From positions 24,343,465 to 24,407,464 of the forward strand of contig NC_057719.1 in assembly GCF_004010195.1 (NCBI RefSeq): a stretch of 64,000 nucleotides of DNA, written 5' to 3'. Made by a program: the position numbers and the translations under genes. This DNA is from Chiloscyllium plagiosum. Its lineage: Eukaryota. Below, piece after piece: positions 63,211-64,000 of the stretch (positions are counted from its first letter, which is position 1; every line of letters begins with the position of its first letter). Below the pieces are notes generated by a model. That model searched no databases, was not told the origin of the DNA, and was given only the letters and a program-made list of their open reading frames with translations.

Positions 63211-64000
63211 AAGCAAGGGAATACCCAATCAACAGGAGGGTATTGAGAGGACCAAAGAACGCATGTCCACACATTAATGAAAGTGGTAAGCAGGTAGATA
63301 AAGTGGTAAAGAAAACTATACGGGATACTTTCCTGCATTGTCTGAAATATTGAGTACAAGTACAGTTAAGTAATGTTGAATCTATATAAGAGACTTGTTA
63401 GGCCGTAACTGGAGTTTAATTTACAGCTCAGGTCACCACATTACAGGAAGAACATAATTGTTTGAGATAAAGTACAGTGATGATTAACAAAAATATTTCC
63501 CGGGCATAAATTGCAGATATGAGGAACGATTGGGTCAGCTGGGGTTGTTTTCCTCAGAACAGAGGAGGATGAGGATGTACAAAATACTGAGGAACATGGA
63601 TAGAGTAGACAGGAAATATTTGTTACCCCAAGCAGAAAGGTCTATCACAGGGATCACAGTATTTACGGTGTTTGGGAGAAGGATTAGAGGGGAAAATGAG
63701 GAGTAACATTTCACCCAGAGGCTCATGGATATCTGGAATTCACTGCCCAATTTGGTGGTTGAGGTAGAAATTCTCAACTCATTTAAAGGAATCTTGATCT
63801 GTCCCTGAAGTGCGGTATCTTGCAAAACTATGGACTGGGTGCGAATAAGTGGGATTAGATTGGTGACTAGTTTATTCAGCCAGTCTGACATGTTGGGAAG
63901 AATGGCTGCTTTCTATGTGTAACCTTTCCATAGTTCTTTGTTTTTTGTTGCACCTATTTGTGCTATCCTTGATTGTATGGCTAGTATTTGTACATCTTTT

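Overview
Vertebrate genomic DNA, very probably a shark (inferred from HE1-type V-SINEs, Deu-type SINEs, CR1 LINEs and Penelope elements). Two convergent protein-coding genes are present. ASB2 (+) has 9 coding exons at 14088-44021 that splice in frame to 640 aa (UIM-bearing beta form). An alternative alpha start at 15668 gives 581 aa, and the last intron is GC-AG. FAM181A (-) has a single coding exon at 52481-51678 (267 aa) with a YAP-like TEAD-binding motif and a strong in-frame uORF. This tail-to-tail arrangement matches the ASB2/FAM181A synteny I recall from human 14q32. The rest is mostly decayed transposable elements. The most notable hidden signal is three sequence families of Penelope-associated minimal hammerhead-ribozyme motifs. 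Several lie in short palindromic insertions with target-site duplications, and some are in sense orientation in ASB2 introns and the putative 3' UTR. Also present are a Ty1/copia relic, a nested transposon stack, an apparent template-switch duplication and an 858-N assembly gap. Everything was read by eye: repeat boundaries are approximate and family names come from recalled knowledge, not from searches.
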